A stretch of DNA of 64,000 nt from Camelus ferus (lineage: Eukaryota). Where the stretch lies: the NCBI RefSeq assembly GCF_009834535.1, contig NC_045707.1, forward strand, positions 10,478,001 to 10,542,000. The letters are read 5' to 3'. Each line of letters begins with the position of its first letter. Positions within the stretch are counted from its first letter, which is position 1. The notes below the pieces were generated by a model. The model was not told where the DNA came from and did not search any database. It saw nothing but the letters and a program-made list of their open reading frames with translations. The translations under genes and the position numbers were made by a program. Of the stretch, positions 12,566 to 24,668 are shown piece by piece.

Positions 12566-12769
12566 GTACTTAATGGTTCTCCTTCTCTGATTGGACCTTG
12601 ACTGACACAAACAGCATCCTTGTTGCGATTAGCAGTACGTGGGGAAGCAAACAATGCAGGCAGAGTAGGGTGACCCTTCCTGGCCAGCCTGTGCCCAGTT
12701 CTCCTCTCCAAATGTAACTTCACTTGCTGTTTCTTGTGAACCTTGGAAAGTAAGTCCATGCACAGACAT

Positions 12770-13880
12770 GCTTATGTACCCGTGGTTATTTTATTTTTTA
12801 CACAACTGTACACTTTTTGCACAAATGGCAGCACATTGCATCCGCTGTTTTTGCTTTATTCACTTGACAATGTGTCTTGGAGATGGAACCACATTGTCAT
12901 GTAAAACTGCCTCATTGAATTTTTCCTAAATTGAAGTATAGTTGATTTACAATGTTGTGTTTGTCTCTGGTGTGCAGCATGGTTATTCAGTTATCCACAC
13001 ACACGTGTATTATTTTTCATTATAGTTTACTGCAAGATATTGAATCCAGTTCCCTGTGCTGCACATAGGTCCTTGTTGTTTATCTATTTTATACACAGTA
13101 GTGTGTGTCTTCTAATCCCAAACTACAATTTACCCCTCCTCCCCTCTGCCCCCTCACCAGTAACTGTAAGTTTGTTTTCTGTCTGTGAATCTGTTTCTGT
13201 TTTGTAAATAAATTCACTTGTGCCATTGTTTTAGATTCCACATATAAGTGATATCATATGATAGTTTGTTTTTCTTTATCTGACTTACTTCACTTAGTAT
13301 AATGATCTCCAGGTCCGTCCACGTTGCTGCAAATGGCATTATTTCACTCTTTTCTACGGCAGAGTAGTATCCATTGTGTGTGTGTGTATCGCATCTTCTT
13401 TATCCAGTCATCTGTCAGCAGACGTTCAGGCTGCTTCCATGTCTTGGCTGTTGTAAACAGTGCTGCTCTGAATATCGGGGTGCACATATCTTTTGAATTG
13501 GCTTTCCCTCCAGACATATGCCCAGGAGTGGGATTGCTGGGTCATATAGTAGGTCTGTTTTTAGCTTTTTAAGGAATCTCCATACTGCTCTCCATGGTGG
13601 CTGTGCCAGATTGCAGTCCCACCAGCAGTGCGGGGCGGGGGGGCCCTTCCCCTCACACGCTCTCCAGCACTTTGCCTTGTTGCTTTGAATGGACGCCCAA
13701 TATTCTGTTACATGAATGCATAGAAACTGGTTTTACCAGTCATGGACTAATGTGCTTTCATGGTGTTTCTAATCTTTTGATGTTACTAACAGCGCTGTGA
13801 ATAACAGCTTGGCAGACGTGTCATTTTGCAGATGCCCTAAAATACCAGTAGGATAAATTCCTGGAGGTGTAATTACTGGG
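12770..13880 (-). mobile_element. Younger L1 3' end (about 12925-13665) nested in an older L1ME-like fragment
   Basis: ttgaagtatagttgatttacaatg...gattccacatataagtgatatc...ttcccaccagcagtg; older L1 wording resumes on both sides. Confidence 0.8.
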
Positions 13881-13889
13881 TCTTAGGGC

Positions 13890-14410
13890 ACATCTGATGG
13901 GTGTCGTTAATCAGAGAGGTTGAACCAATCAGCCCACTCTTCTGCGTCATCTGTTGTTCCTTCTCATTCCTTCTCCCCTTTTGTGCCCCCCACCCCCATA
14001 TTGCAAGGGCCACAGCCTGGAAACGACTTTCCCCAAACCTTTTGACAGCAGGGATCTTGTTCAGTGTCTGCCAGCGAGGGCGCTGCTGTGAACTGCAGAA
14101 GCCCGACAGAAGGAGAAGCTGGTGTGGGCGAGGGTGGGAGGTGGGGGTTTCGATGAAACCTGGTGTGCGTTTGCCAGTGGTTCGCAGGTGTGCTTCCCTG
14201 CGCGCCCCACACGTGCACAGCTGGGGCCTGCGGTGGGCTCCCTGCAGCCTCTGCCCTCCTGAGATTCCCGAGCACTCCGGAAGCTTCCCCGCCCTCGGCT
14301 CTTTCGGACAGCTCTGTGCGCCCGTAAGTGCCTGCGTGAAGCCCCTCTTGACTGACGTGCCGGGGGTGCTCCCTTTTCCAGGCTCACCGCTGGCTGGTAC
14401 CCAGTAGAAT
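13890..14410. mobile_element. Possible old ERVL LTR (LTR16/LTR33-like)
   Basis: ccaatcagcccactc...gactttccccaaacc...gcagggatc...tgccagcgaggg resembles these families; heavily diverged. Confidence 0.4.
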
Positions 14411-14429
14411 TCTGTCGCAGTGTCTGTGG

Positions 14430-16600
14430 CTCTGTCTTCTAACCACCAAGCACCTGTCAGCGTTTTGTCGGCGTCTGACAAGATCAAACGGAAGTTGACA
14501 GAATCAAACTGAAAATGCCGCCTCCTGCAGTTTTAATTTCGGAAGAGCGTGTGTGAGGCCGGACAGTCTTCATGTGCTTAATGCTGTTTGTCCTTCCTTT
14601 TCCAGTAAACTGGGCTCGTGGCCTCGGATTGCCTTTCTCTTGTCCTATTGGTTTTCTTACCGATCTGAAGAACTCTTTTTTTTGATGAAGAAGAAATAAC
14701 ACTTTGTGACATAAATTCCAAGCCCTTTCCCCGGTTTGTAGTTGGTCTTTTGATTTAGCTTATAGATTTCTTGACGTGAAGGTTAAAATAATTCTTTTGC
14801 CATCAAACTCGTTTTCTTCTTTGGATTCCAGGTTTTGTGCTGCCCTGCGTGTGGCCGAGGCAGGACCACCCATGATTCCGTGTGCTTCCCGACGACCCTC
14901 TGCTCCCCTGAAGCTCCACCGCGAGCTCCTGCGGTTCTGCGCATCGTCCCACCGTGATCTGTCCTGGCCCAAGACGTGAGCACGCGCGTCTCCTCCCTGA
15001 GCGCACCGCCGCTGCATCGGGCCTCCTCCGGGCCCCCGCCCTGCGAGCGGCCCCATGTCCCGTTGCGTTCATGTCCCTGATTGCAGGCTGCTCTGTGGAC
15101 TGCAGTCTCTGACATTCCGAAGTGCCTTTCTGGTTTGGCATAGTCCCTCTCGTCCCCTCTCCGACATCGACTGCCATCCTGCACTTCTCTATGCGTTTGT
15201 CTTGGACGCATCGATCTTTAACTCGAGTCACGTTGTTTTCCAATCATCTCAGGACGGAGCCTGGGTTTTCCTTCCTGGCCCAGTTTTACCCTCTTTCTGG
15301 GGCGCCCTCTGTTGTCGTCAGATTTGCTGCTTTTGATCACGTCTGAAGAATGTCCGTCACTGCAGGTCCTTGGTGTCCTTTCGCTGTGTCGTCTGTGTTT
15401 AGTGTGCAGGAGTTTGCCTAGTGGCCGCCTCGTGGTTCTGGCTTGGCGTGCTCGGCTCAGTCCTTTACTGACGACACACGATGAGAAACTACGGCACAAG
15501 CACGCCTCGGCTTCCTCTGCAACGTTGCTTGGTTTCCCTTTTCCCTCTCAGAGTCTGCGGCTGTGCGTCCCCACATCCTTGCACACCTAGCAATTGACTT
15601 ACCAGACTGAAGCACATTTTGTCTCTGGTCATGACACGTGAGGAAGTCTGTGTCCCTCTGGCTCCCCCCGAATGACCTACCCTTTCTCTTCCAGCCTCTG
15701 AGAGTCTCAGGGTTTCTCAGCTGTGCTCATACTTAACACTTACAGTTTCTCTGGTAACTAACACCCCACACGCGTTTCTGTCTCTCTCCCAGTTAGCCGT
15801 GTGCGCGTCCTCGCCGCCGTGCCTCCGCTCCGCTTCCACCGCACGTCTCTCGCCCAGAGCTGCCTTCCGGTGGCTCCTGCAGGATGAGCTCGTTTTAAGG
15901 CTTTTCCTCTGGATGCTGAGATTTCAAAACTTCTTTGTCTTTTGTCTTTGTGCTTGGACGGCGGGTGGGCTGGCTGCGAAGCTCGTGGGCCCCCGTCTCC
16001 CCTTTGAGGACGCGGCGGGCTTCAGTCGTCCGATGCCCGCGCGGGTGTGTCATGGGGACGGCTGAGGCCGGGCTACTGGCCTTCCCTTTCCGTGGCTTGG
16101 TTTTTCCCTCTGGCTGCTGAAGTAATGCTTTCTTCATCTTTAACCTTGAGCAACCTTGCTAGCATCTTTTGCCAGTTTTTTTCCCCTGAGACATGCGCCT
16201 TTCCCTCTGTAGACTCCAGTCCTGTTTCCTTATGAGAGTTGTTCTTGAATGATATTAGACATTTTCCTGTTTGATTAACTTGCTCTCTCCTTCGCAGACA
16301 CCAGCCCTGTCTGTACCCCTGTTGTCTCCCACGTCTGTGGGTTCCCACCCCATTTGCCTGCCTTTCTCGGCCCCGTTCCGTGTCTATCACCATGCTGTCC
16401 TCAGTGTGTGCATTTGTCTCCACACCACGCTCAGCTGGGTTTGCTGCTGCGGGTGTGGTTTTACGTGTTCCTTGCGCTTTCTTCCTGTGAGCTGTCACTT
16501 TTCATCCATCTCCTCTTGGTTTTCTCTCCATCCTTTTACCTCTGCTTTGGGCTCTTGTACGTATAGAACTGATTCCCCATTAAACTGAACATGTCCCCTG
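14430..16600 (-). mobile_element. Old L1ME-like antisense fragments with GC-converted patches
   Basis: ttttaatttcggaagag...tgtcctattggttttcttac...tttgatttagcttatag follows the antisense L1 ORF2/3' order. Confidence 0.6.
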
Positions 16601-17224
16601 ATTGCGGTGAAGTGTCTGGTGTGTGTTACAGACCAGCGGAGAGTCTCCTGAGGGCTCAGGCTGCATGGTTTTGGTTCTGCGTCTCCCTGGCCGCACTGGG
16701 GGCCACACTTAATTCACAGCAGAGCCCCTCCCCGGCCCAACTCTTTATGAAATGGCTTCCTGCCAATGGAGCATCTCAGTGGGACGCCCGGTTCAGTCCC
16801 GTTTTTCTCTTCTGGGAAACTGCCAGCTTGGTGCAAGGATGCTCTGTCACAGGTCTGTGTCTGGGTCCCCTCATCCAAAACTGGTGGAAAGTCCTTGCTG
16901 TGGCGTGGGCTTCCCCCTGACACCTGCCCCGACAGGCAGCCCTTCCTGGCCCCTTTCCCCGAGTCTGTGGACCCACTGCGCGCGGCAGCACCCCCGGCAC
17001 CTGAGGTTCAGGCCTACACACGCTTCTGTGTTTCATTTCCTCCTGTGCTTTGTGGTTAATGTCTGAAGAGAGGCAGGGGGAACCGCTATCTTTCCCTTGC
17101 CATTTGAAAACCTGCTTTTATTTTTATTTAACTCTGCCTTGCATGGATTATTGGTGAAGCTGAATACTGATCATATATTCTCCATAAGGAATTTACAGAA
17201 ATCAAGTAAAAAAAAGTTTCTTTT

Positions 17225-17570
17225 GTCTAGGACAGGGAACTAGGTTCAATATCTTGTAATTTTTTAATGGAAAAAATATGGAAACCAATCTATATATGTG
17301 TACGCCTGGCTGGGACATTGTGCTGTGCATCAAATTCACACGTCGCAACTGACTATACTTCAATTAAAATTTTTAAAAAATTAAAAAAAAAAGCGTAGTG
17401 AAGAAGAATCTGAAAAAGGATATGTGTATGTGTATTTATGACTGAACTATTAGTGTACACCAGAAATTGACCCACCACGGTAAACTGGCTATACTAAAAA
17501 AAGAAAAAGAAAAAAAATAGAAAGAAAGAAAACTAAACAAAAAGGAAAGAAAACTAAAAAAAAAAAAGAG
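17225..17570 (+). mobile_element. Two stacked L1 3' tails, each ending in poly(A)
   Basis: acagggaactaggttcaatatcttg...caactgactatacttcaattaaaa, then gaatctgaaaaaggatatg...gtacaccagaaattgac...ctatactaaaaaaag. Confidence 0.8.
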
Positions 17571-20500
17571 CCCTGTGTGGCGTGGGAACGGCCTCACTGA
17601 TGTCCACCCTGCAAGTCGTGAAGCCCTGAACTTCCTGCGCTGGGAGAGAGACCCCAAGTGCCTCTCAGCCGTCTAAGTCCTCACAGCAAGTAGGGTTCAG
17701 CTGATGGCCGCCACAAAGTCGGCAGAGGGTTTGTCACAGTGACTAAACCACACTTGAATGGATTAGGTGCAGTTTTCTCGAAGCAACCACGTAAGGACAC
17801 AGCGTGACCACCTCAAGGACACTCCGAGTCCTCGTTAAGGAGCTGACGAGGCCCTGGGAGTGTTTCTCATCTTGGTCCCGGTCCCCTTGGCCGTCCTGAC
17901 TCTTGAGTCCCACGCAGACCCTGTCCTGGGCTCCCCGCTGTCCCAGGTGCTGAGCCATCGCAGTGGACGGGCCTCATTCCAGTGGACCAGAGCCCTGATG
18001 GTCATCGTGAAACCCTCGGAATCCTCCGCAGCATCCCGAGGTCACACTTTGACCCCGGGATCTTCACCTGCTCCTTGCATTTACCGACCGCGACCCTGTG
18101 CAGGGCTGTGGGTCGCACGCCCGTCCGCTCCTGCTCTGTGCAGAACCTCAGCGCAGCGCCTGCCTCCTGGCCTCGTGTTCGCGGCTCACCTGCGCTTCTC
18201 TGGTCTCCACGGCAGATGAGGGAGGTTTTAACCTGCTTGTGGTTCTTTATCAGGTACAACCTGTGTCCGGCCTCACAGCTCCTGTGGTGAGAAAGCCCCT
18301 CCGAGGTGTCTCGCATCTCATGTCCCCATGACCCCAGGCCAGGCCCCTGGGGTTCATCACTGATCACATTTGGTGAGACGTGAGCCTCCCTGGTCACTGG
18401 GGCTGCATCCTGTGTTTGCTGCAGCTTGGCTTCCAAAGACTGCCCTGAATGCACTCGGGCAAAGCTGTGTGGGTTCCTGGACCCCTGCCCCAAATATAAG
18501 CTTCTAGATCACCTCTGTAGAAGCTCTGAGAGCACAATGTGGACACTGGTCTGTCTGACGCTTCCAGGATGCTGGCGCCCACCTGCGCTCAGACTGGGAT
18601 CTGACAGGCGGCCGCGCTGGATGATAGGATACAGGGCTGGTGGTCCCCAGCCCAGTGCCCGCTCCCAGGACGATCACGTCCAGCAGGGCAGACGGGCTCT
18701 CCTGGTTATGTGACACCCATGTGGGCGCCTAGGACCCAGGGCTCTGTTGGAGCTTCCGGTGGAGGGTGGGCGACGGGGCAGCTGGTGCCCGGGCTGACAT
18801 GGTCGGGCGTGTTGGAGAATGGATGGGGGCCCAGGCGTAGGGTGGGACAGTGGTTTCCAACAGTGTTTGCAGGAAGGCCTGAATTGGGGTGGCTCTGCTG
18901 GCAGTGCGGAGAGGCCAGGGAGGTCAGGTGGGCCAGTACTGAGGAGGGGGAGGTGGCAGGGCCCGTGCCCAGCTGAATGAGGGGTCTGTGCGTGTGACTG
19001 CTAGGAATCCACTTCCCTCCCAGTGCCCGGCTTTGAGTCACAGAGACAAGGGGAGGGCGCTGGGCAGTCCACACCCTGTCACCCACTCTCGACCAGGACG
19101 GCGTGGTGCAGAGATCTGGCTAACCTGACGGGGCCCTGCCGGGCGGCTCTGAGAGCAACCTTGAAACATCTGTCTTTTGCATGAGAAACACCACGAACAG
19201 GGAGGTGGGCACAGATTTACAGTGAGGAGGAGGGAGGGGGAAGGAGATACCCCATCCTGGGCTCCCCCCATCCCGAATATCAGGGTGCAGGGAGGATTCA
19301 AGAGAGGACATGCAGGGCTCACTGGTGCTGACAGCGAGGGGGCTTAGGCACACGCCAGCCGGGCTCTTTGAGGACAAGAACACCATTTTCCCGTTACTGT
19401 GGGGCTTTCAAATGAATTTATTACAATTAGAGAGAATGCATTAATTCTCACACACGTGTGATTTAAACCTTGGCAGGAGCAGCCCGGGCAGCTGGGAGAT
19501 GAGGGTGGTGAGGACCAGGCTCTGCCCCTCCTCACCCCCCAACCCCAGGCCTGGCTCGGTACCCGGTACCCACACCTGCGGGGACCTCGTCCCCGACCCC
19601 GGGCCAGGCTCGAATCGCGCCACCCGGGATGGCTAGGCCGGGACTCAGCGCCCTGGACTCCAGGGCTGGTGCTTCAGCTGAGCCGCCGTCTTGGGTGTCC
19701 TTGTCGGCACAACGTGTCGCGTGGACTGGATCCGCCCACGTGTTGATTCGCCAGTTTCCTGGACGTCTGTGCTACAGAGGAGGCAGGAAACAAAACTTTC
19801 CCTGCAGCCTGCACTGCAGCGCTGGCAACGCGACGCTCCCCTCCCACCGGAACAGGTGCGTGGAAATGACGGCCCCGAGGCCGAGCCCCCTCCTCGCAGC
19901 CCTGTTCTCCGGGCGGGGCTCGTGCTGGGAGCGCCTTCTGATCCGGACCTGATCTCGATCAGTGGAGGCGGGGGCAGTGTCCCTTTGAGTCCCAAATAAC
20001 CTATCCTTGTGTTTCGCCGCAGGTGGCTGGAGGCTGGGGCTGCCTTTCTCCGCGTCCCTCCATCTCCGCCAAGGAGGCCCCCACTGTCTCCCTGGAACGC
20101 AGAGCCTTGAGCTCGCAAAAGCTCAGTTGCTTCCATCACAGAGGGAGGGGGCACCAGCCCCGGGGTTTGTAACTCTGCCTCTGGGCAGGAGTCTGGACGG
20201 TGTGGGCGACGCGCTAGACCCGGGCAGTTAGGGGCTGCTTTCCACGGGGGCTGGGGCACAAGACCCTTTAGTCTCTGCCTCCTTCCTGCTCGTCCGGAAC
20301 TTCGTCTCCTGGGGATGAAGGAGCACACAGCAGCCTGGTCAGGGGAGGGCGGCCTCCCCTGGGGTGGGAGCCGGAACGGGCGGGGCTCTGGCCCTCACAG
20401 GGGGTCTGATGGGGGAGTGAGTTTAAGTGTCACACGTGCAGATGTAAAATCCAGCTGGGCCAGGGCTGTGAGAGGGACCGAGTGCCGTGGGAATAATGGG

Positions 20501-23500
20501 GGGAGGGCATCACCAGGAACGTTGACGGGGCCCCCGATTGGGCGCAGAATATTCCAGAACGAAGGCGTGCTGTGTGCCCACGCCCTGAGCTGCACACAGT
20601 GGGGTGGGATTAGGAACCAGGGGCGGTCAGGGTGACCCACCACAGACAGAAGTGGAGCCTGGGGCCGGTGAGGCTGGAGGCTTGAAGGTTCCGTCTTCAT
20701 CCTGGGAGCCCCAGGAGGCTCTCGGAGGAGGGCAGCCTTTTGATAGGGTTCACGTGTCTTCAGAAGGGCTGCCTGGAGGGGGAGGTGGGCCAGGGCGGGG
20801 TTACCTGCTGGGTGGGCGGGACCAGGGACCCCGAGGACAGGCCCAGATGGTTGTGCCCTCAAAACATCACAGGAGGCTGGAATCTTACCTACAGCCTCGG
20901 TCATTCCCCGGCTCCCTGGAGAAACTGAGTCACAGAAGAAAGGGCCACAAAGCCAGCGTGAGACCCCACACCCATCTCCTGGCTCAGGGACAACATTTGT
21001 CCCACTAGGGACCCTTCCAGCTCTGAGCTTTGCAGCTCAAGTACCCTTCTGTGAGCAACTGAAGTTCCCCCTCCAGGGCCCAGCAGCCCCTCTGCCCCGA
21101 CCACAGGCCTGCATCCTGGTCTCCCAGCCTCTGGCCTCAGGCCTTTCCGCCAGCTGCCCCACAGCGCCACGGAGAACCTGGCTGTGCAGTGGGGGTATGA
21201 AATCACCTAGGGACGCCCTCCCTGCCGCTAGACCCTGTGCGTCAGTCACATCATGTTGGTCAGCCCCTCTGGGCTTGGCCTCTCCGATGGCCACACCGTG
21301 CCTCCCCGCCCACCGCCTCCTGGCCGGGGCCGGGCGCATGCAGACGCCTGGAAGATGCCTTTCTTCAGGCCTCGTGCTTGGCGACGTCTCTTCTCTGTCT
21401 GGCACGGCTCCTGGGCTTCCTGCAGCCTCAGCCCCGCAAGGACTGCCTCCCAGCCTCCCTCTCCCGCCACGCGGGGTCCAGGCGTGGCCTCTGGGTCCCA
21501 CCGTGCACTGCTTACTCTCCGAGAGGCCTCCCCATCGGCAGACGTGGCCGAGGAGGTGCTGGGGGACTGGGACGGAGGTGATGAGTGAGTGGACCCGTGG
21601 GGCATCCAACTCACTCAGACTGTAAGTCTGGGTGCTCTGCCCCGTGGAGCTTCGCGGAGCCCCCTTCAATCCCTCCCGCCCCGACGGGCACCCAGGCGCG
21701 AGAGCAGGGCCTGAGGGAGCACAGGCGGCGTCTCGCCAGGATCCGGGACACCTTTCTTTCAGATCGCGGACGGCGTCTGCAGTATTTCATAACTGGTGCG
21801 ATGAACAGCCCCAATTTTCCAAGGTGTTTGGGAGGAACTCAGTTTTAAAGACCACGTCCTAACAAGCAGAATGGGGGAACCCTCTGAGAGCCTGCCGCCG
21901 CTCGCTGTCGGGAAACGTGCCGGAGTCATGGCTGATTGTTTGTGAAGAGGGTCCCGCTGCCCACCGCCCGGGAGATGGGGATGCCCGCTTATTAAACATG
22001 TTTCTGAGGTTTAATTTTGGGAGAAGGATTCGTTTCACATAACTGTGTCCTCTGCAGGGCTGCCAGCGCAGGGCCACCTGTGGGGGCCCTTCCCCTGATG
22101 CCACAGGGGCCGCGGCTGCGCCGGCGAGGGTGGGAGAGGAGGCACACAGTGGGGACGCGGGGCGGCGTCTGTCCCCAGTGCTAAGCCTGTCTTTGGGCTG
22201 CTGACACCAGTTTTGCACCCTTGACCCATGGGATCGGATGTTCACTGTATCCACGGGGAGTCCTGGGGGCCATGACTTTCGTGGCGGCGGCGAAGAGTTG
22301 GCTTATCAGGAATGTGAGCCCTTAAGGGCCTCCAGAACCACTGAGCCCTGTCCTGTTTTCTTGGGGTTCTCTAGAGGGGAGAGGGCCCCAGAGCTCCCCA
22401 AGAGGGCAGGGCGAGCTGGTGGCACTGCCAGGCTGCCTGGGGTCCTGCCCACCACGGTGGGCTCTCCTGACCGCGCGGCCCGAGTCCTGGGCTTGGGAGT
22501 ATCAGCCAGAGTAGCCCCCCCACCCGGGCTCTCTGTGGGCTGTTCCCCCCCAGCCTTAAGCCTCAGTTCACGTCACCTGCACCCAGGAACCCCTCCTCCC
22601 TTCCACCATAGGCAGACCAAGGTGACCCTTTCCTGCGGTGCCCACAGATCCCCTGGGTTGCTGTTTTACAACAAGATGGTAAATTTTATGTATGTTACCA
22701 CATTTTTTTATAAAAGAAAGAAAATTTAAAAAAACACCAAATAAACAGAAAAAGATAGTTCAGATGATTCTCTCAGGGCTTAGACATCAGTTTGAAATTT
22801 GTTAAAACACTTAACAAGGCCTTTTTGCAGGTGGAGAGTGGCCCGTGTGACCTCCACTGTGAACAATGTAAAGGGTGCAGTGCAGGATGGAGTGATGGCT
22901 GTGCTTGAGCAAGCCACACCTGAAGGTGTCTTTACTCTAAAGGAGCTTCCTAGGGGAAAGGTGCTCCACGGAGGCAGGCAGATGCTGGCAGTGCTAGGCC
23001 TGTGTGCATGGATGGACTCTGACTTGGGTCCCCAAAGATAGAAATGCTTTTGGATCCACCTTCTAATGGGGCCTCCTAACTCCCATAGTTTTCTACCACA
23101 CTTCTGCCCAACATGGAACTCTGGGCAGCTCTGAACCTTTTGGGAAACAGCTCAGAGGGAGCTCAGCCGGTATGTCAGGTTAAAGTTGGCTTCAGAAATG
23201 ATGGCCAGATCCCTGCCATGCTGACATCAAAGACCATCAGAGGTGCTGGCTCTCGGGAGGCGCCGAGCTCCCCCGTGGGGGTCTGGAGGACACTCACGGC
23301 TCGCCGGATGCTGGCCTCGGATTCTCCCTGGACCGTGCCTTACACCCGTGTTGGATTACCCCCACCAGCCTCCTGAGGTTCTCTGCAGGGATTCTGCTTC
23401 CAGAGCCAGCAGTGAGGACGGAAACAGAGCTGAAAGCTGCCATCCTCCAGGAGACCCGGGCACCCTCATTCCTCGGGTCCTGCTGAGATGAGAAGCGTGG

Positions 23501-23700
23501 GGGCCCCTCCGCATCCCTGGGGCCCTGCCTGTGCTCTCCCCTGGCAGGAGCCTGACACCCCACCCTTTTCTCGGGCTTGCCTCCCTTCACTCCCAGGTTT
23601 GCACCTGCTCGCTCTGCCCAAGGCTGGCCCTGGTCTTCACCACCAAAGCCTGGGGGGCAGGGCCATGCATCCATTAAGGGCAGGCTGGAGGGGAAGCCCA

Positions 23701-24165
23701 CTTGTTGGGGGTGGAATAAGGACCCCAGAGATGCTCATGTCCTAGTCCCTGGAAATTGTGCCTGCATTTCCTTACACGGCAAAGGGACTTTGCAGACGTG
23801 ACTCAGTTCAGGGCCTTGAGATGGGGAGGTGGTCCTGGGCTATCTGGTGGGTCCAAAATCACAAGCATCCTCGTGAGAGGGAAGCAAGAGGGTCAGTATC
23901 AGAGGGGGAGACGTGATGACGGAGGCAGAGAGATCTGAAGACGCTGCACTGCTGGTTCTGAGGACGGCAGAAGGGGCACCACCCAAGAGGCTGGAAGGGG
24001 CCAGGAGGCAGGCCCTCGCCAGGAGACTCCAGAAGGAGCTGGCCCCAGTGCACCCTGACATCAGTGAGACCCAGGTCAGACTCAGCCTCCAGAGCTTCGA
24101 GATGCAACATTTGTGGGGCTGAAGTGGCTGAGTTTGTGGTCTTCTGTTGGCAGCAGTGGGAGGTC
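23701..24165 (+). mobile_element. MLT1D-like solo LTR
   Basis: ccttacacggcaaagggactttgcagacgtg...ttgagatggggag...tttgtggtcttctgttggcagc. Confidence 0.88.
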
Positions 24166-24177
24166 TTGGCCGCTCAC

Positions 24178-24196
24178 TGCTGCCCCCTGGTGGCTG
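24178..24196 (-). promoter_or_regulatory. Strong CTCF core motif
   Basis: Minus strand CAGCCACCAGGGGGCAGCA versus consensus YGGCCACCAGGGGGCRSY; occupancy unknown. Confidence 0.6.
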
Positions 24197-24534
24197 TGCC
24201 TGCTACTCCGGGTCATCCCGCGTTCCCTCCCCCGTGCCGGGTTCCCTGGGCGCACACCATGTGCTCACGTTCCTGCCCATCGTGCCCTCCAGTCCTCACG
24301 GCGAGAGCCAGGCCATCCTGTCCCTATTGGTCGGGGGCCTGGGGAAGCCGAGTGGCATCTCGAGTCCAGAGGCGGTCAGTCCAAGAGCAGAGCTTTGAAC
24401 TCAGATCTGTCTGAACGCCAGTCTCGCGTTTCAGCTGCCATGGGAGGGAAGGGGTCTCCCCACCCCATTCTCCTGTTCTAGGCTCACAAAGGGCAGAGCA
24501 GCACCAGCCCCGGGCGGGGGTGGAGGGGGTGTGG

Positions 24535-24668
24535 TGGGAGGGGAACTTGTTGGAAATGCAGACTCTCAGGGCCCACCCAGACCGGCTGCAGCAGGAGCTC
24601 TGGGGATGGGCCCGGGGTCTGTTTCTCTAGGTGGGGCCGCTGTGTGCTCGAGTCTGAGGGCAGCTTGG
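24535..24668. mobile_element. MER5A (hAT-Charlie) fragment
   Basis: gaacttgttggaaatgcagactctcagggcccacccagacc...ctctggggatgggccc. Confidence 0.8.

Noticed and set aside
21994-22003. p53 element (AAACATGTTT; also AAACATGTCC at 42606)
   Set aside because: Single half-sites without a valid partner
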